Part shown: one piece after another, positions 50,388-62,545 of the stretch
Position numbering within the stretch: the stretch's first letter is position 1
How the letters are laid out: every line of letters begins with the position of its first letter
From: Ginglymostoma cirratum
Lineage: Eukaryota
Assembly (NCBI GenBank): GCA_024137785.1
Contig: JAHRHZ010000047.1
Coordinates: 9,986,331-10,050,330 of the forward strand
Direction: 5' to 3'
DNA length: 64,000 bases
Translations under genes and position numbers: made by a program
The notes under the pieces: generated by a model
What the model was told of the DNA's origin: nothing
Seen by the model: the letters and a program-made list of their open reading frames with translations, nothing else
Database searches by the model: none

Positions 50388-50939
50388 ATGAATTTCAGTA
50401 CTGAAGATACTATCAATCCTTTCCTGAAACAGACTCTTCTCTATGACTATAATGGTACGTGCGTGGGCACTTCCTTGGGGCATGCTTGCAACAAAAGCAG
50501 TGCCCATCACCTTCAGCTGCCAGTCTTCACCAGTGCAGCGAAAGTTAGAGTCGGGATCACTATTCTTGTTTTCACTATTTCTGCTGTCTGTAACCTTGCT
50601 GTGCTGTGGACGACCACTCAGAATCGCAAGAGGAAATCCCACATAAGAATTTTGATCTTGAATCTAGCTGCTGCGGACCTCCTGGTAACGTTCATCGTGA
50701 TGCCTCTGGATGCCAGCTGGAACATCACAGTTCAGTGGCAGGCTGGAGACATTGCCTGTCGGCTACTGATGTTCCTAAAACTCGTAGCTATGTACTCCTG
50801 CGCTTTTGTCACTGTGGTGATTAGTGTAGACCGACAATCTGCCATTCTAAATCCTCTGGGCATCAGTGAAGCCAAAAGGAAGAATAAAATCATGTTGACA
50901 GTAGCTTGGATTTTGAGTGTCATCTTGTCCGTTCCACAG
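50388..50939 (+). CDS. GNRHR: GnRH receptor (type II, C-tailed class A GPCR), coding exon 1: N-terminus to TM4
   Basis: ATG at 50388 (MNFSTED). Encodes QLPVFTSAAKVRV, NLAAADLLVTFIVMPLDASWNITVQW, CRLLMFLKL and DRQSAILNPL. Ends SVPQ|GTGAGA, a phase-0 donor at the conserved GnRHR intron position. The symbol is family level; the paralog is not resolved. Confidence 0.96.
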
Positions 50940-52114
50940 GTGAGAGCTGCTTAGGAATTGGGAGTGCAAATTGCTTAACATTTGGTGCTCTTGTTTCTTT
51001 TTTGTGGTTGAATTGAGGAATAGCCTTTGTACAAATCCAACTAATATTCTAAAAAAATTGAATGGATGGTGTCTAAAGGCACCATAGCCTCTGTAGAGAC
51101 CTTCTATTACAACTGGACTGCATAACAAACCACTCTCATGGTTCTCCACGGTCAGGAACTCTTGAGTCAGTTCTTCGGCCACTCAACAGTAATGGTCCTC
51201 ATATACGTAAAGGAAGTGACGGTGAGATTTCCCATTGGGAACACCATATCACTAGCCTGAGGGGTTAGTGGAGTCTGGGGCTTGTTCCTGTCATTGTGCC
51301 TTTCGGTCAGGAACTGTCCTGAGAATTCAGCTCAAGTCTAAGAATCTCAAATGTAAGATGTATTCAATATTGACAGTCCAGTGTTTCAGACAGATCAACT
51401 GAAGAAAAATCTCTTTGTTTTAAAGTACACTGTCTTCATGAACGAAGAGTTTAACTTAGAAACAACTGGGGCTGAGTGACAGAGAGAAGGCTCGAGAGCT
51501 GATATATGATCTTATAACTGTTCCTCACATTTAGGCTATGAACTTGTCTTAAACATCTTTTCTCTTCAATGCTGTGCACCTCAAAGTGAGTGATTTTGGT
51601 GTTGGAGACTGGAACATGCTTTTCTCTGGGGACTCAAAGACAATGGCAACTGCTTTAATGGCAAGGTCTGGTTAAGCACAGATTATGTGCAAAATAAAAT
51701 TCCATCTACATCGTACACAAAACAAGGTCAAGAGCAACAAAAGTTTGATGTAACCATGAGCTCCTTTTATGACCACTGTTGCAATACAGTGACATTCCTC
51801 GATTTTCTACGTGTTATCCTGTGTCTTCCTTTAGGAGATTAAAAAAACTCAATTCTGAGTTGACTCATGTCAAACTACGTAGGTGCATGGAAGAAAATTT
51901 CCTTTCATCATCTTAGGCTGGATTAAGATGTCGTAGAAATGTGAGGAATAGGACTGAGTACTTTCCTGCCCCATCCCCTTATTTTAATATCCCAGAAATA
52001 AAGGGTTAAATTCTGCCTTCTGTCCTCTGACGGGACAATTTTACGTGAAATTTTGCCATGCTTTCTCTTAAAGTCAAATCCTCAAATTAACCATGCAATT
52101 TTTTTTAAAAAAAT

Positions 52115-52415
52115 CACTCATTGGATGTAAGCATAGCTGGCTGAACCAGCATTTATCACCCTCAAACCGATTGGCTTGCTAGGCCTTTTCGGGGCAGCTA
52201 AGAGTCAATCATGTTGCTGTGGCTCTGGCATTATATGTAGGCCCCAAACCCAGCAAGAATGGCAGTGAACCAGATAAGTGTCTACATCAATCATTAAACT
52301 CACTGTTAGTTAGAGTTTTTATTGAATCCAGATTCATGGTGGGATTTGGACCCATGCTCTCAGAACATTAGTCTGGGATGCTTACTAGCACAGTGATGGT
52401 GACTAGGCCACCGTC
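52115..52415 (-). mobile_element. Degenerate SINE family 2 copy (GnRHR intron)
   Basis: Reverse family motifs …taagagtcaatcatgttgctgtgg…gtgaaccagat…gtgggatttggaccc…. Confidence 0.65.
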
Positions 52416-53038
52416 TCCGAACAGACCACTCAGATCCTTAAGGGACTTCTTTAAAAATAGTTTGTGGAGCATCATTAGAATTGCAGCTTAGATGGAAGAT
52501 TGAAGGAGTTTGTTCAGTTTGTAGACCCTGGGATACAACTAGTGAAAATAGGCTTCTTTCCAGTCACTAACTGAGATGGCTATCAATTCAGCCTAGTCTC
52601 TTGCTGGAGGTCAAACAGCAACTGATGTAGAATTCCAGATTGTAGCTATTTTACATCACCCTGTTCGACATGTTACAATATACATCCAAGGCAGGTGGGA
52701 CTTCAACCCATACCTTCTGGCCCAGTGTCACAAGGGAAAACAAGCTCTTTGGTATTTTCATTCAACCTGTTCAGCGATGTTATTAGACAGCTGTGGTGCA
52801 GGTGGCATTTGAACTGGGGTCTCCTGGCTCGGAGGTACGGACACTACCACTGCATCATAAGAAAACTCAAGATGGAACAGGTAGTTTTTCAATGAGTATT
52901 GATTTAAACACAGTAAGAAGTCCCTGTTTTTGGATCAAAAGAAACAAGTTGTGGAAGTTCACCATATTGGTGATAAAATAGAGAAAAAGGCTGAGATTAG
53001 AGCTTAGAGTTGAGCAAAGGACAAGTTATCAGATTCTG

Positions 53039-53601
53039 AGATAGTAGGAACTACAGATACTGGAGAATCTGAGATAACAAGGTGTGGAGCTGGATGAACA
53101 TAACAGGCCAAGCAGCATCAGAGGAGCAGGAAGGCTGACGTTTCGGGCCATTTCTGAAGAANNNNNNNNNNNNNNNNNNNNNNNNNNNNNNNNNNNNNNN
53201 NNNNNNNNNNNNNNNNNNNNNNNNNNNNNNNNNNNNNNNNNNNNNNNNNNNNNNNNNNNNNNNNNNNNNNNNNNNNNNNNNNNNNNNNNNNNNNNNNNNN
53301 NNNNNNNNNNNNNNNNNNNNNNNNNNNNNNNNNNNNNNNNNNNNNNNNNNNNNNNNNNNNNNNNNNNNNNNNNNNNNNNNNNNNNNNNNNNNNNNNNNNN
53401 NNNNNNNNNNNNNNNNNNNNNNNNNNNNNNNNNNNNNNNNNNNNNNNNNNNNNNNNNNNNNNNNNNNNNNNNNNNNNNNNNNNNNNNNNNNNNNNNNNNN
53501 NNNNNNNNNNNNNNNNNNNNNNNNNNNNNNNNNNNNNNNNNNNNNNNNNNNNNNNNNNNNNTGCTGCTTGGCCTGCTGTGTTCATTCAGCTCTACACCGT
53601 T
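53039..53601. mobile_element. Fold-back Penelope-like insertion spanning an N gap
   Basis: Left and right flanks of the gap are inverted copies. Candidate TSD TTATCAGATTCTG at 53026-53038 and 53602-53614. Confidence 0.75.
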
Positions 53602-53954
53602 TTATCAGATTCTGCTTTTTTTCCCCCACTCTTTATCCTACCCAGAAACATTTAGAAATGCCGTTTTTAAAAGCTTTCCCAGATAGGGGGACAGCATTTA
53701 AACTTTAAGGTATTACAAAAATCAAGCATTACTAGACTGAACTTGCACCTGTAAAATCCTATTTAATCAGTGAGAAAGGCTAAACAAATCAATGGAAAAT
53801 CACTTTCAGGAGTTGAGTTCAAACATCAGATTATTCTTTAAAATCTGTGCATAGTGATTTTACTGGGTCTGTCTATTCCTGACCATCACGATGAGAAAGT
53901 CATCTATTCTTCTGCTTTATTTTTCAAAATCTGCTCCATCTTTTAACCTGTTCT

Positions 53955-55300
53955 GGGTCTGATGAAAGGTTGCTAACCTGAAACATTAATTCTGTCAGGT
54001 CTGGCAGTATCTGTGGTGAGAGAAACAAAGACAGTATTTTGACTTCAGTGTGACTTCTTCAGAACCAGAAAGGGCTGGAAATGTTGTTTTATACTTTAAA
54101 CAGAGGTGGAGGAGGGCAGAGGGGAACAGATGGTGCGGAGGCCCAGTGGAAAAGACAAAGGGGTTGCAAAGTATAATGAAAGAGAAACGGAAATTTCAAA
54201 TGAGTGTAAATTGAGGTGTGAAAGGGGGAAAATGAGAGAGCAAAGTAGACACGACACAAACAAGACAAGACTATTAGCGGGGGTTGGGGAGCCCTGGGGA
54301 ATGTGAGAAAAATGAAGAACAGTCATTATCAGGTCATGCTCTGAAGTTGTGGAATTCAATATTGAGCCCTAGAGGCTGTAAAGTGCTTAAGCGAGAAATG
54401 AGGTGTTGTTCCTTGCACTTGTGTTGCACTTTATCATAATATTGCAGCAGGCTCAGATCGGAAACGTCAGCATGAGAGCAAGGTGGATTATTGAAGTATC
54501 AAGTAACTGGATTTCTATGGACAGAATGGAAGGGTTCCACAAAGCAGTCACCCAGCCTGTGTTTGGTCTCACCAATGTGAAGGAGCTACATTGTGAAAAT
54601 GCAGCAGGCTAGATTGAAAGAGGTGCAACTTCACCTGGAAGTTGCGTTTGGGGCTTTGGACAGAGAGTAGGGAGGAGGTGAATGGGTTAGTGTCACACTA
54701 GATTGTCTGCAATTGCATTGGAAAGTGCCCTGGCGGAGTGAAGAAGCATTAGGATGGAGGAGTCATCTAGGTTGTTATAGAGAGAATGATCCCAGTGGAT
54801 CAATGACAGTAGCAGGTAGGGGAAGATACGTTGGTGCTGGCATCCTCCTGGAGGATGATCCTTTAAAGGGAAGACTAGTTAGGTGGAAAGTGAGGATGAA
54901 GGGAACCCTGTCGTTGTTCTGGGAAGGATGGAATGGGGTGAAGATAGAAGTGTGGGAGAGGGTTGAGGGCCCTGTCAGCCACAACGAGGGTAGGTCCTCA
55001 GTTGAGGAGAAAAGAGGTTGCGTCAGAGGCACCCTGCTGAAAAGTGCCATACTCAGAACAAGCGTAATGGAGATGGTGGATCTGAGAGAATGGAATGGAA
55101 TCCTTTCAGGAAGTAGGGGATAAGGAAAGTTTCATGCTAACACAAGTGAAGCACAGTGCAATCAAGAGGACAGCACTTCATGTTCCAGTTCAGCAGTTTA
55201 CAGCCTCAAGGTCTCAATATTGAATTCCATGGCTTCAGAGCCAGACTACATGGTGCCTATTCTCTACTTTTCTTACATTTCCACATACCTACCATCGTGG
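53955..55300. mobile_element. Rearranged, decayed Penelope-like element
   Basis: pLTR with CTGATGA..GAAACATT at 53959. Minus-strand NNDRVPFILTFH (RT/EN linker). A GIY-YIG C-terminal-like piece (QHFMFQFSSLQPQGLNIEF) on + at 55156-55240. Confidence 0.7.
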
Positions 55301-55444
55301 CCTTGTCTTGTGTGTATCTTTCACACCTCTGTTACATCTCTGATTATCTTTCCTACCAATTAATGACCCTTTTGTCTTTTGCTGTGGGCCTCTGCATTAT
55401 CTGTTCACTTACTCCTCTTCTGTCAAAAGTATAATAAACAGAAG

Positions 55445-55738
55445 GGAGACATGGTGGCTCAGTGGTTAGCACTGCTACCTCACAGCACCAGAGTCTCAGG
55501 TTTGATTCCAACCTTGCATGAATGTGTGGAGTTTGCATGTTTTCCCCGTGTAAGCATGAGTTTCTGCTGGGTGCTTCAGTTTCCTTCCACAGTCCAAAGA
55601 TGTGTAAGTCTGGCAGCATTGGCCACCCTAAATTGCCCATAGTTTGCAGGGGGGTGGGTCTGGGTGAGATGCCCTTTGGAGGGTTGGTGTGGACTAGTTG
55701 GGCCAAATGGCCTGTTTCCACAGTGTGGGGATTCTATT
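55445..55738 (+). mobile_element. HE1-type V-SINE
   Basis: Match to the family. Confidence 0.83.
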
Positions 55739-56280
55739 TAATGAAATACTTTCCAGTTCTGAAGAAGTCACACTAGAGTGAAAAAGTTGAACTGTTTCTC
55801 CACACATCCCACCAAACCTCCTGAGTTTCTCTAATTTCTCTGTATTTGTTTCAGATTTCCAGCATCTACAGGATATCACTCTTATTACATTCACCCTGTT
55901 TCTGTCTCCACAAATGCCGCCTCACCCATTGAGTGTTTTCAGCATTCTATTGTTATTTGAGTTTACATGAGATTTCGATGTTGCCAACTTCAGTCAAATA
56001 TACTTCACTTTAATCCCATAGTCATTACAAATTCTCAACAGCAATCTTCAAATGAGACAAACCAAGAGTAAACAGACTCTCACAAGGTTTGCACTCCTCA
56101 GATATCCTAAGCTGTTCTCCTCACAAGTCCAGATGACATTATCATAGCACATGATGCTGGTAGACTCCTAAGGAACGATTGTGACATGAATAACAGAGAA
56201 CTACTTAAAGTTCTTATAACTGGAAATTTATATTCTTCTGATATATTCAGTGGCAGCATAGATGGCATAGTGGCAGCATA

Positions 56281-56574
56281 GACGGCACAGTGGCTCAGTG
56301 GTTAGCATTGCTGTCTCACAGCACCAGGGACCTGTGTTCAATTCCAGCCTCAGGTGTCTGTCTGTGTGGAGTTTGCGCATTCTTCCTGTGTCTGTGTGGG
56401 TTTCCTCCCACAGTCCAAAGATGTGCAGGTTAGGTTGCTTGGCCATGCTAAGTTGCCAGAAGTGTGGGTTAGGTCAGTTGTTAGGGGGGTGGGTCTGGGT
56501 GGGATGCTCTGAGGTTTGGTGTGGACTTGTTGGGCCGAAGGGCCTACTCCCACACTGTAGGGATTCTATTCTAT
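56281..56574 (+). mobile_element. HE1-type V-SINE
   Basis: Match to the family, with a short tandem duplication of the 5' end at 56248-56290. Confidence 0.85.
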
Positions 56575-56742
56575 AGACAATTATTAACGAAGCAGTGAAC
56601 AACATCTACACAGAAATAGTTACAGTGATATAGAAAGAAATTTAAAGCAGTAATGCCTAATCTATTCTTTTTGTACTGAGGTAATTGAATTACTTGGAGA
56701 GATGGAAGACTGTATTTGAAACATCATGCTTTTTTCTTATAG

Positions 56743-56947
56743 ATTGTCTTGTTTCACACTGTAAGTATTACCGAGCCTCAGAACTTCACACAGTGCTCCA
56801 CAATGGGGAGTTTCAAAGAACACTGGCAGGAGACCTCGTACAACATGTTCACTTTTGTTTTCCTGTTCCTTGTGCCACTTGTGATCATGATATTCTGCTA
56901 CACCCGAATCCTGGTGGAGATCTCAAAGAGGATGAACAAGGGAAATT
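56743..56947 (+). CDS. GNRHR: GnRH receptor coding exon 2: ECL2, TM5, start of ICL3
   Basis: Acceptor ttttttcttatAG ends at 56742. The 205-nt exon encodes IVLFHTVSITEPQNFTQCSTMGSFKEHWQETSYNMFTFVFLFLVPLVIMIFCYTRILVEISKRMNKGN. Phase-1 donor T|GTAAGT. Confidence 0.96.
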
Positions 56948-57627
56948 GTAAGTTGAATATTGATTGTTGCCTGTGTTTTCATCTTTCCTACATGGTCACT
57001 GTACTGAAATCCAAGATTTATCTCACAATCTCCTGCTGCACTCTTCTATCTTGGAATATCACAAACTTCAGACTTTTTGATTCTTCCCATGATTTATTAA
57101 TCTGTTGTCCAACAATTTTGATCTTGATCGTGTCCTGAATCAAAGGACTTCTTCCTTTGCCTTTATTTTTCAAAGGTTTTGTGCATTCATGCTGCTGTGT
57201 TGTGCTGAGTATCATTGACCGGGAAGGTGTAAGGTTCAGTCACAAGCTTATGATGATCTCAGAGTGTGGAGTAACTATAACAGACATATTTCCCTAGACT
57301 CGGAAGGGAGAAATAGACACTGGGTATTCCAACACCAATTGCTCTCAAGAATTTTTGGTGGTAAACTTTTCACATGTAGTTGTTGGATGACAGTAGGAAT
57401 AGACTTAGATGTAATGCTCTGGAAAGCCAAATAGTCCACAGTTATTCACTTCCCAGGCTCTTACGTGGAAAATGGTTGCTTCTTGAAAGCTTACCAACAC
57501 CTGTGGATTGCATGCCTGTCAGAAAGGAAGACAATTAGTATAAAAAAATTCCTCAAAGTGATTACTTATTTCTGTAAGTTTTTTGTAACCCTCATGAAGG
57601 CCTATTTTGTTTTGTGTCCTCTTCCAG

Positions 57628-58154
57628 TGTCCTCAAAAGATGTGCATTTAAGGCAATCGACAAATAACATACCAAAGGCACGCATGAAAACGTTAAAAAT
57701 GAGTATAATTATTGTAACCTCTTTCATAGTGTGCTGGACTCCATATTACCTTCTAGGACTTTGGTATTGGTTCTCGCCAGAAATGCTCTCGGAAGGAAAG
57801 GTCTCCCAAGCATTGAGCCACATACTCTTCATTTTTGGCCTCTTCAACACTGTTTTGGATCCCATCACCTATGGTCTCTTTACCATCCATTTCAGGAGAG
57901 GCTTGCAACATTGCTGCCATTCTGCTAAGATGGTATCCAATTCAGATCTCAATTCTACACTGACCAGATCGTTCAGGTGTTCTGCATCATCTCTTCGCCT
58001 CAAAAGGTTAACTGCACTTGCTCAAGAAGATCACAGATCAATGGCAGAGGATGACCGTCATAGTAAAGGCAGTTGCTACAGCAATGGTTATCTTGACATA
58101 TACAAAGATGATGCCAGGAAAAACATCAGTGCAAGTGCAGAAAATACTCTGTAG
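57628..58154 (+). CDS. GNRHR: GnRH receptor coding exon 3: ICL3, TM6, TM7 and cytoplasmic tail
   Basis: Acceptor tgtcctcttccAG ends at 57627 and the phase matches exon 2. Encodes NNIPKARMKTLKMS, CWTPYYLLGLWYWFSPEM and SHILFIFGLFNTVLDPITYGLF. Stop TAG at 58152-58154. Total CDS 1284 nt. Confidence 0.96.
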
Positions 58155-59684
58155 GCTGATTGCAATCACCATGCAGCCTTGCAGCACAAAACAAGACTAC
58201 TATAAGCTTTTAAATAATGGCTTAGTTGCAGTGTGCATGTTTTAATTTTCCTAGTTCTCCCTAATGGTTTACATTTTCATTTCTTTTCTTTGTCCCAATA
58301 CTTGACCTTGTGTGTTCCTTTTATTCAAAAGTAAATCATTTCTCTATCTGTAAAAGCTACAAACAAAGCTGCTGGCTCTCTCATATTACCACTGATATCA
58401 AATAACATCGAAATGTATTTAACACTGTATTGATCCTTATGGTAGAAAGAAACATTTCTAAGTATTTCAACTCTTTCAGATGTCAGGTAATATGAAGCAT
58501 TCAAAAGCCCTGCGATTCCACTGCTTACGTGGGTTATCTTGAGGAATAGTAAACTGAATATTATTAGCTTCTTTGATTGGAGAAGGATACTTTCCATGGG
58601 AACTTCTGTTGGCCATAAAAGAACACCTGATAGGGAGTGCTTAAGAATGGATAAGCATCATGACCTAAGCCAAAAAGGAATATATAAGAAATATTTGCTA
58701 ATCTATGGAGCAGAAAAACAGCCTCTGCAGGGCATACGGACATTACTGACATGCTTAATGAATTAGATCGATTGTTCAGGTGGGGAACAGTATAACAATA
58801 TGGTTTGAGAGGGCAGGAGAATGACCTTTAAAGAGGCTGTTTGGGAGTGCCCAGAATGTGAAATGGAGGTGTATGTGTTAAATATTCTTTTCTTTATTTG
58901 TGAAATATTAACCTTTGATCTTACAATTGGGAATTTAAAAAGGAATAAAACTACCATGAATGCTCAATCACAACAGGGTCTCGGATTGTTCTGCTTCGGT
59001 TGACAATGACAAGTTTGGCCGAGATTCACGTGACAAGATTGTTTTGTTGCAGTGGTTCTTTGCTTCCGGCACATTGCCATATATTACGCACACAATGTCC
59101 AGAATGCAAGAGGCAGTGAATATGGTACAAAATGTTAACAAAGCCAGCCTTGCCTTGCACCAGTGCTGAACAGTAACAGCAGCTTACTGATTTAGTGTCT
59201 TCTGGCTTGTAATTGTGAGTCCACCTCCTTTGGTTTTCCTCCATTGAGTTAGATGTGAGCATTTTAATGTTATTGTTACTGCTGATCCTGTGGTTAAAAA
59301 TAAGCAGCATGTTGTCTTAGTTGGCATTTATATCTTAACACCTGTTTCACTTGTAATGCTACAGTCTCCACTGATGCAGAGCAAATCTTCAGCAGTCTGA
59401 TTGGGTCCCTGCTCAGAACCAATTCCTACTTGAATGGACCCAAATGCTTGTTGCAGAAGATGTACAAAATGTTAATTAAACATGTCCCAGGCAAATGAGA
59501 TCATGGTGCAGGATATCATAGAGTTTTCACTTAGTGGTAAGCCTGATCATGCATGAAGAACATTAAAAAATAATTCTTTTTCTGCAAATGGAATTTCCTG
59601 AAAGGACAGAAATGGGAATTTGTGGCCTATTTTTGGAGGGGCTAGAGTTTAATTTTGATGCAGTGCTTAAAGGGAAAGTGTATA

Positions 59685-60030
59685 CATCACAAAATCACAG
59701 AATTGCTACAAGATAGAAAGAGGCTATTCAGCCCATTATGCCTGTGCTGGTACTATCCCCGAGTGCCAATCTCCTGTCTTTTGCCCATATCCCTGCACAC
59801 CATTTCTATCCAAATAATCATCCAGTGGCCATCTTGAATTCCTCAGTTGAATCTGCCTGTCTTCACCACATTTCCAAGCAGTGAATTCCAGACCCTAACT
59901 ACACGCTGTATGAAAAAGTTCTTTGTCACATCAGCTTAAATCATGCCCTCTTGTTCTTTTTTTTGTATGAACAGGCACAGCTTCTCCCTATCTAATCTTT
60001 CCAGCCACTCATGATTTTGAAAACTTCTAA
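59685..60030 (-). mobile_element. CR1 3' end
   Basis: Reverse CR1 3' UTR and ORF2 end. Confidence 0.7.
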
Positions 60031-60277
60031 CAAAAGCACGATACAAATATTTGAAAAGAAAACTTCAATTTATGGGGGAATAGCAGTGAGATGGGATAAA
60101 GTGGCGAGCTGTCCCAATGGGGGAGCACAGATCCAAGAGGTCAAATATTTTCCACCATATGCAAGAGAATTTAATGGATCTAATCAGATATGAATTGTGC
60201 GCACAGTGGACTTCACGGGTAAAATCACTTACTTTTTGCTCCTGGTAATGTGTTCACCAGGTCAGATACTAGGGATG

Positions 60278-60376
60278 AAACAGAAGTTGCTGGAAAAGCT
60301 CAGCAGCTCAGCAGTTTCCAACAATTTCTGTTTTTGTTGCTGATTTACAGCATCTGCATTTCTTTTGGTTTTTATT
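60278..60376. mobile_element. Minimal fold-back pLTR remnant with 16-bp TSD
   Basis: TCAGATAC(T/A)AGGGATG at 60262-60277 and 60377-60392. AAACAGAAGTTGCTGGAAA pairs with TTTCCAACAATTTCTGTTT. Confidence 0.7.
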
Positions 60377-61614
60377 TCAGATACAAGGGATGGTTTGAAC
60401 CCCATGATATGGGTAAGGGGAGGGGATAGAGGTTAAATTCTGGAAGTTAACCCCAGTCCACTGTGAATCCAGTTTTTGGTTTAATCTTGTTGGGATTTTG
60501 AGTGGTGCAGGTGACTAACGTGCACTCAAGGCAGGAGCAGAATGTTAGATGTGCCAATGAGATAGTTCACCTCAGATTTTAACAAATCTTTGAATATAAT
60601 GATCATGTGCCAGGTTCCCTTATCCACAGGGCAGCCACTGGCGAGAGGAACACTTGTTGCAACGGGGAAATAATTTTCCATCATTGGTCATAGGCCAGGA
60701 GGAGCTGAGTTAGGTGCACTCCCAACAATTTGTCCCCAGCAATCTCTCTCCAAGATAACTTCACCCTTCCCTTCTCAAAAATCTTACCCCAGTCCAGTGT
60801 AATCCCTCCATCACTCAATCCCTCTTTCTTCACCACTCCATTCCCGGACTCTGTACATCTAGTTCTGCCCTTCTCTGAAGCCATACAGTCAGTTCGCCTC
60901 TGAGATATAGATATACAGTACAGAAAAAGGCCCTTTGATCCATCGTGTTCGTGCTAGTCATAAACAACCACCTAACCATTCTAATCCCACTTTCCAGCTT
61001 TTATTTTACCTCACTGTTAGGCTTCCTATTGCTGGGAAGCAAATTGTAAAGTGTGAAATGAGGTCATGTTACAATATCTAGCGCATCCTTCAGCTTTCTC
61101 AACCACCAAAACCCTCCTCATCATTTTCAGGGTTTTCTTCAAATCATTTTTCCCCTGACTCATTTCGTATGCAATCTGCAATTTTATCTCTTTAGCTCAT
61201 TGGATGACATATGAATGCGGACAATTTGCAAGTTATAACTAAAACCTCATTCAACTGCAAAGGCCCATTTACACTTGAAAATGTGGGAAATGCAATTTAA
61301 ATTTGCAAACGATTTCTTAACCCACATGTTTACAATCCAAGCATAAATGTGTTGATTTAATACATGTGTTACACTTGTAAAAATGACTTTTATTGTTGTC
61401 TCGTTTCCTAAAATCAATTATGATGAATTGAATTTACCATGTGAATGAATTATTTTTACTTCTTAATAAAGTGACAGAACCTCCATGTAATAAAACAGTG
61501 CTTAAACATGATTGCGTTCGTACAGATTAGATTTTATTCAAGAATCCTTTGGCAGTCTTCTTACTCACCGGGTAATCATTTGCACCTTAGTGGTCAAATT
61601 CAGATGAATAAGAA

Positions 61615-61962
61615 GTGTTCTTATTGAAACATGTACAATTCTGAAAAGACTAGAGTGGGTGGATGCTGATCTAGGGGACACAGTTTAAAAAATAGGCTCT
61701 CTCTCATTTAAAAGGGAGACGAGGAGGAATCGTTTCCTTCAGTAGGTCGTTAATCTTTGGAATTATTTGCTCCAGAAGGTAAGGGAGGCTGGGTCACTGA
61801 ATATTTTTAAGGCTGAATTAGATTCTTGACTGATAAGGGAGGAAAAGGAAACGTGGAGAAAGCAGGAAAGTGGAGTTGAGAACACAATCAGGTCAGCCCT
61901 GACCTTATCAAATGGCAGGGTAGGCTCAAGGGAGCAAATGGTCTGGTCCTGCTCCGAATTCA
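61615..61962 (+). mobile_element. CR1 3' end
   Basis: …ttattgaaacatgtacaattctg…gtcgttaatctttggaatt…tttttaaggctgaattagattcttg. Confidence 0.75.
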
Positions 61963-61964
61963 TT

Positions 61965-62335
61965 TTTAAGCATTGCTCGGCATGACTAAGAACATGTACT
62001 CTGGCATGGCAGTCTCTGCTGTGTATACTGGAGGAGATGACAGTGGGCTGAGAATTGGTGCAGGATTCACTGCCTCACTCTCCAGGCTCCTTTGTCCACC
62101 AGCTGAGCTTACTGTTTCTCCAAATTCCCAGGAAACCATCAGTCTCCAGAGGTCACAGCTGTCGTCAATGGTCTCCCAGTGTTCTGTGTTGATGTTTGTC
62201 ATCTTTGTGTCTCTCTTAAGGATGCTTTTGTGGCAGAGACACAGAGGTCCAGCAGGCCTGTACATTGTGTGAAACATCTTGGCCACACATCTATCGCCAA
62301 TTGGATGAATGCAGGGAGTCAGCACTGACGTCATT
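61965..62335 (-). mobile_element. RTE-clade LINE 3' fragment
   Basis: Minus strand KSILKRDTKMTNINTEHWETI..WR and a frameshifted terminal Zn-finger-like SRDCHARVHVLSHAEQC. Confidence 0.7.
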
Positions 62336-62369
62336 GGCTGAGTGCATGAGAATCATGTGAAAACAATTG

Positions 62370-62545
62370 GCAAATTCCTTCAGTATTGCTGGGTCAAAAT
62401 CCTGGAATTCCTGTCCAAAATCACATTGTAGGTCCACCATTTGGAATTTTGCTCAAGGAGGCAGCTCACTGCTCAAGGGCAACTGAGCATTGGCTGCAAA
62501 TACTGGCCCGGCCAGTGACACTCATATCACGTGGATGAATAAAAG
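62370..62545 (+). mobile_element. LINE 3' end sharing its tail with SINE family 2
   Basis: GCTGGGTCAAAATCCTGGAATTCC..CAAGGGCAACT..GGCCAGTGACACTCATATCACGTGGATGAATAAAA. Confidence 0.65.

Noticed and set aside
53084-53686. 200-aa and 155-aa ORFs
   Set aside because: They are artefacts of translating the N gap.
57465-57627. Upstream part of ORF 57465-58154
   Set aside because: It is intronic read-through ahead of the acceptor at 57627.
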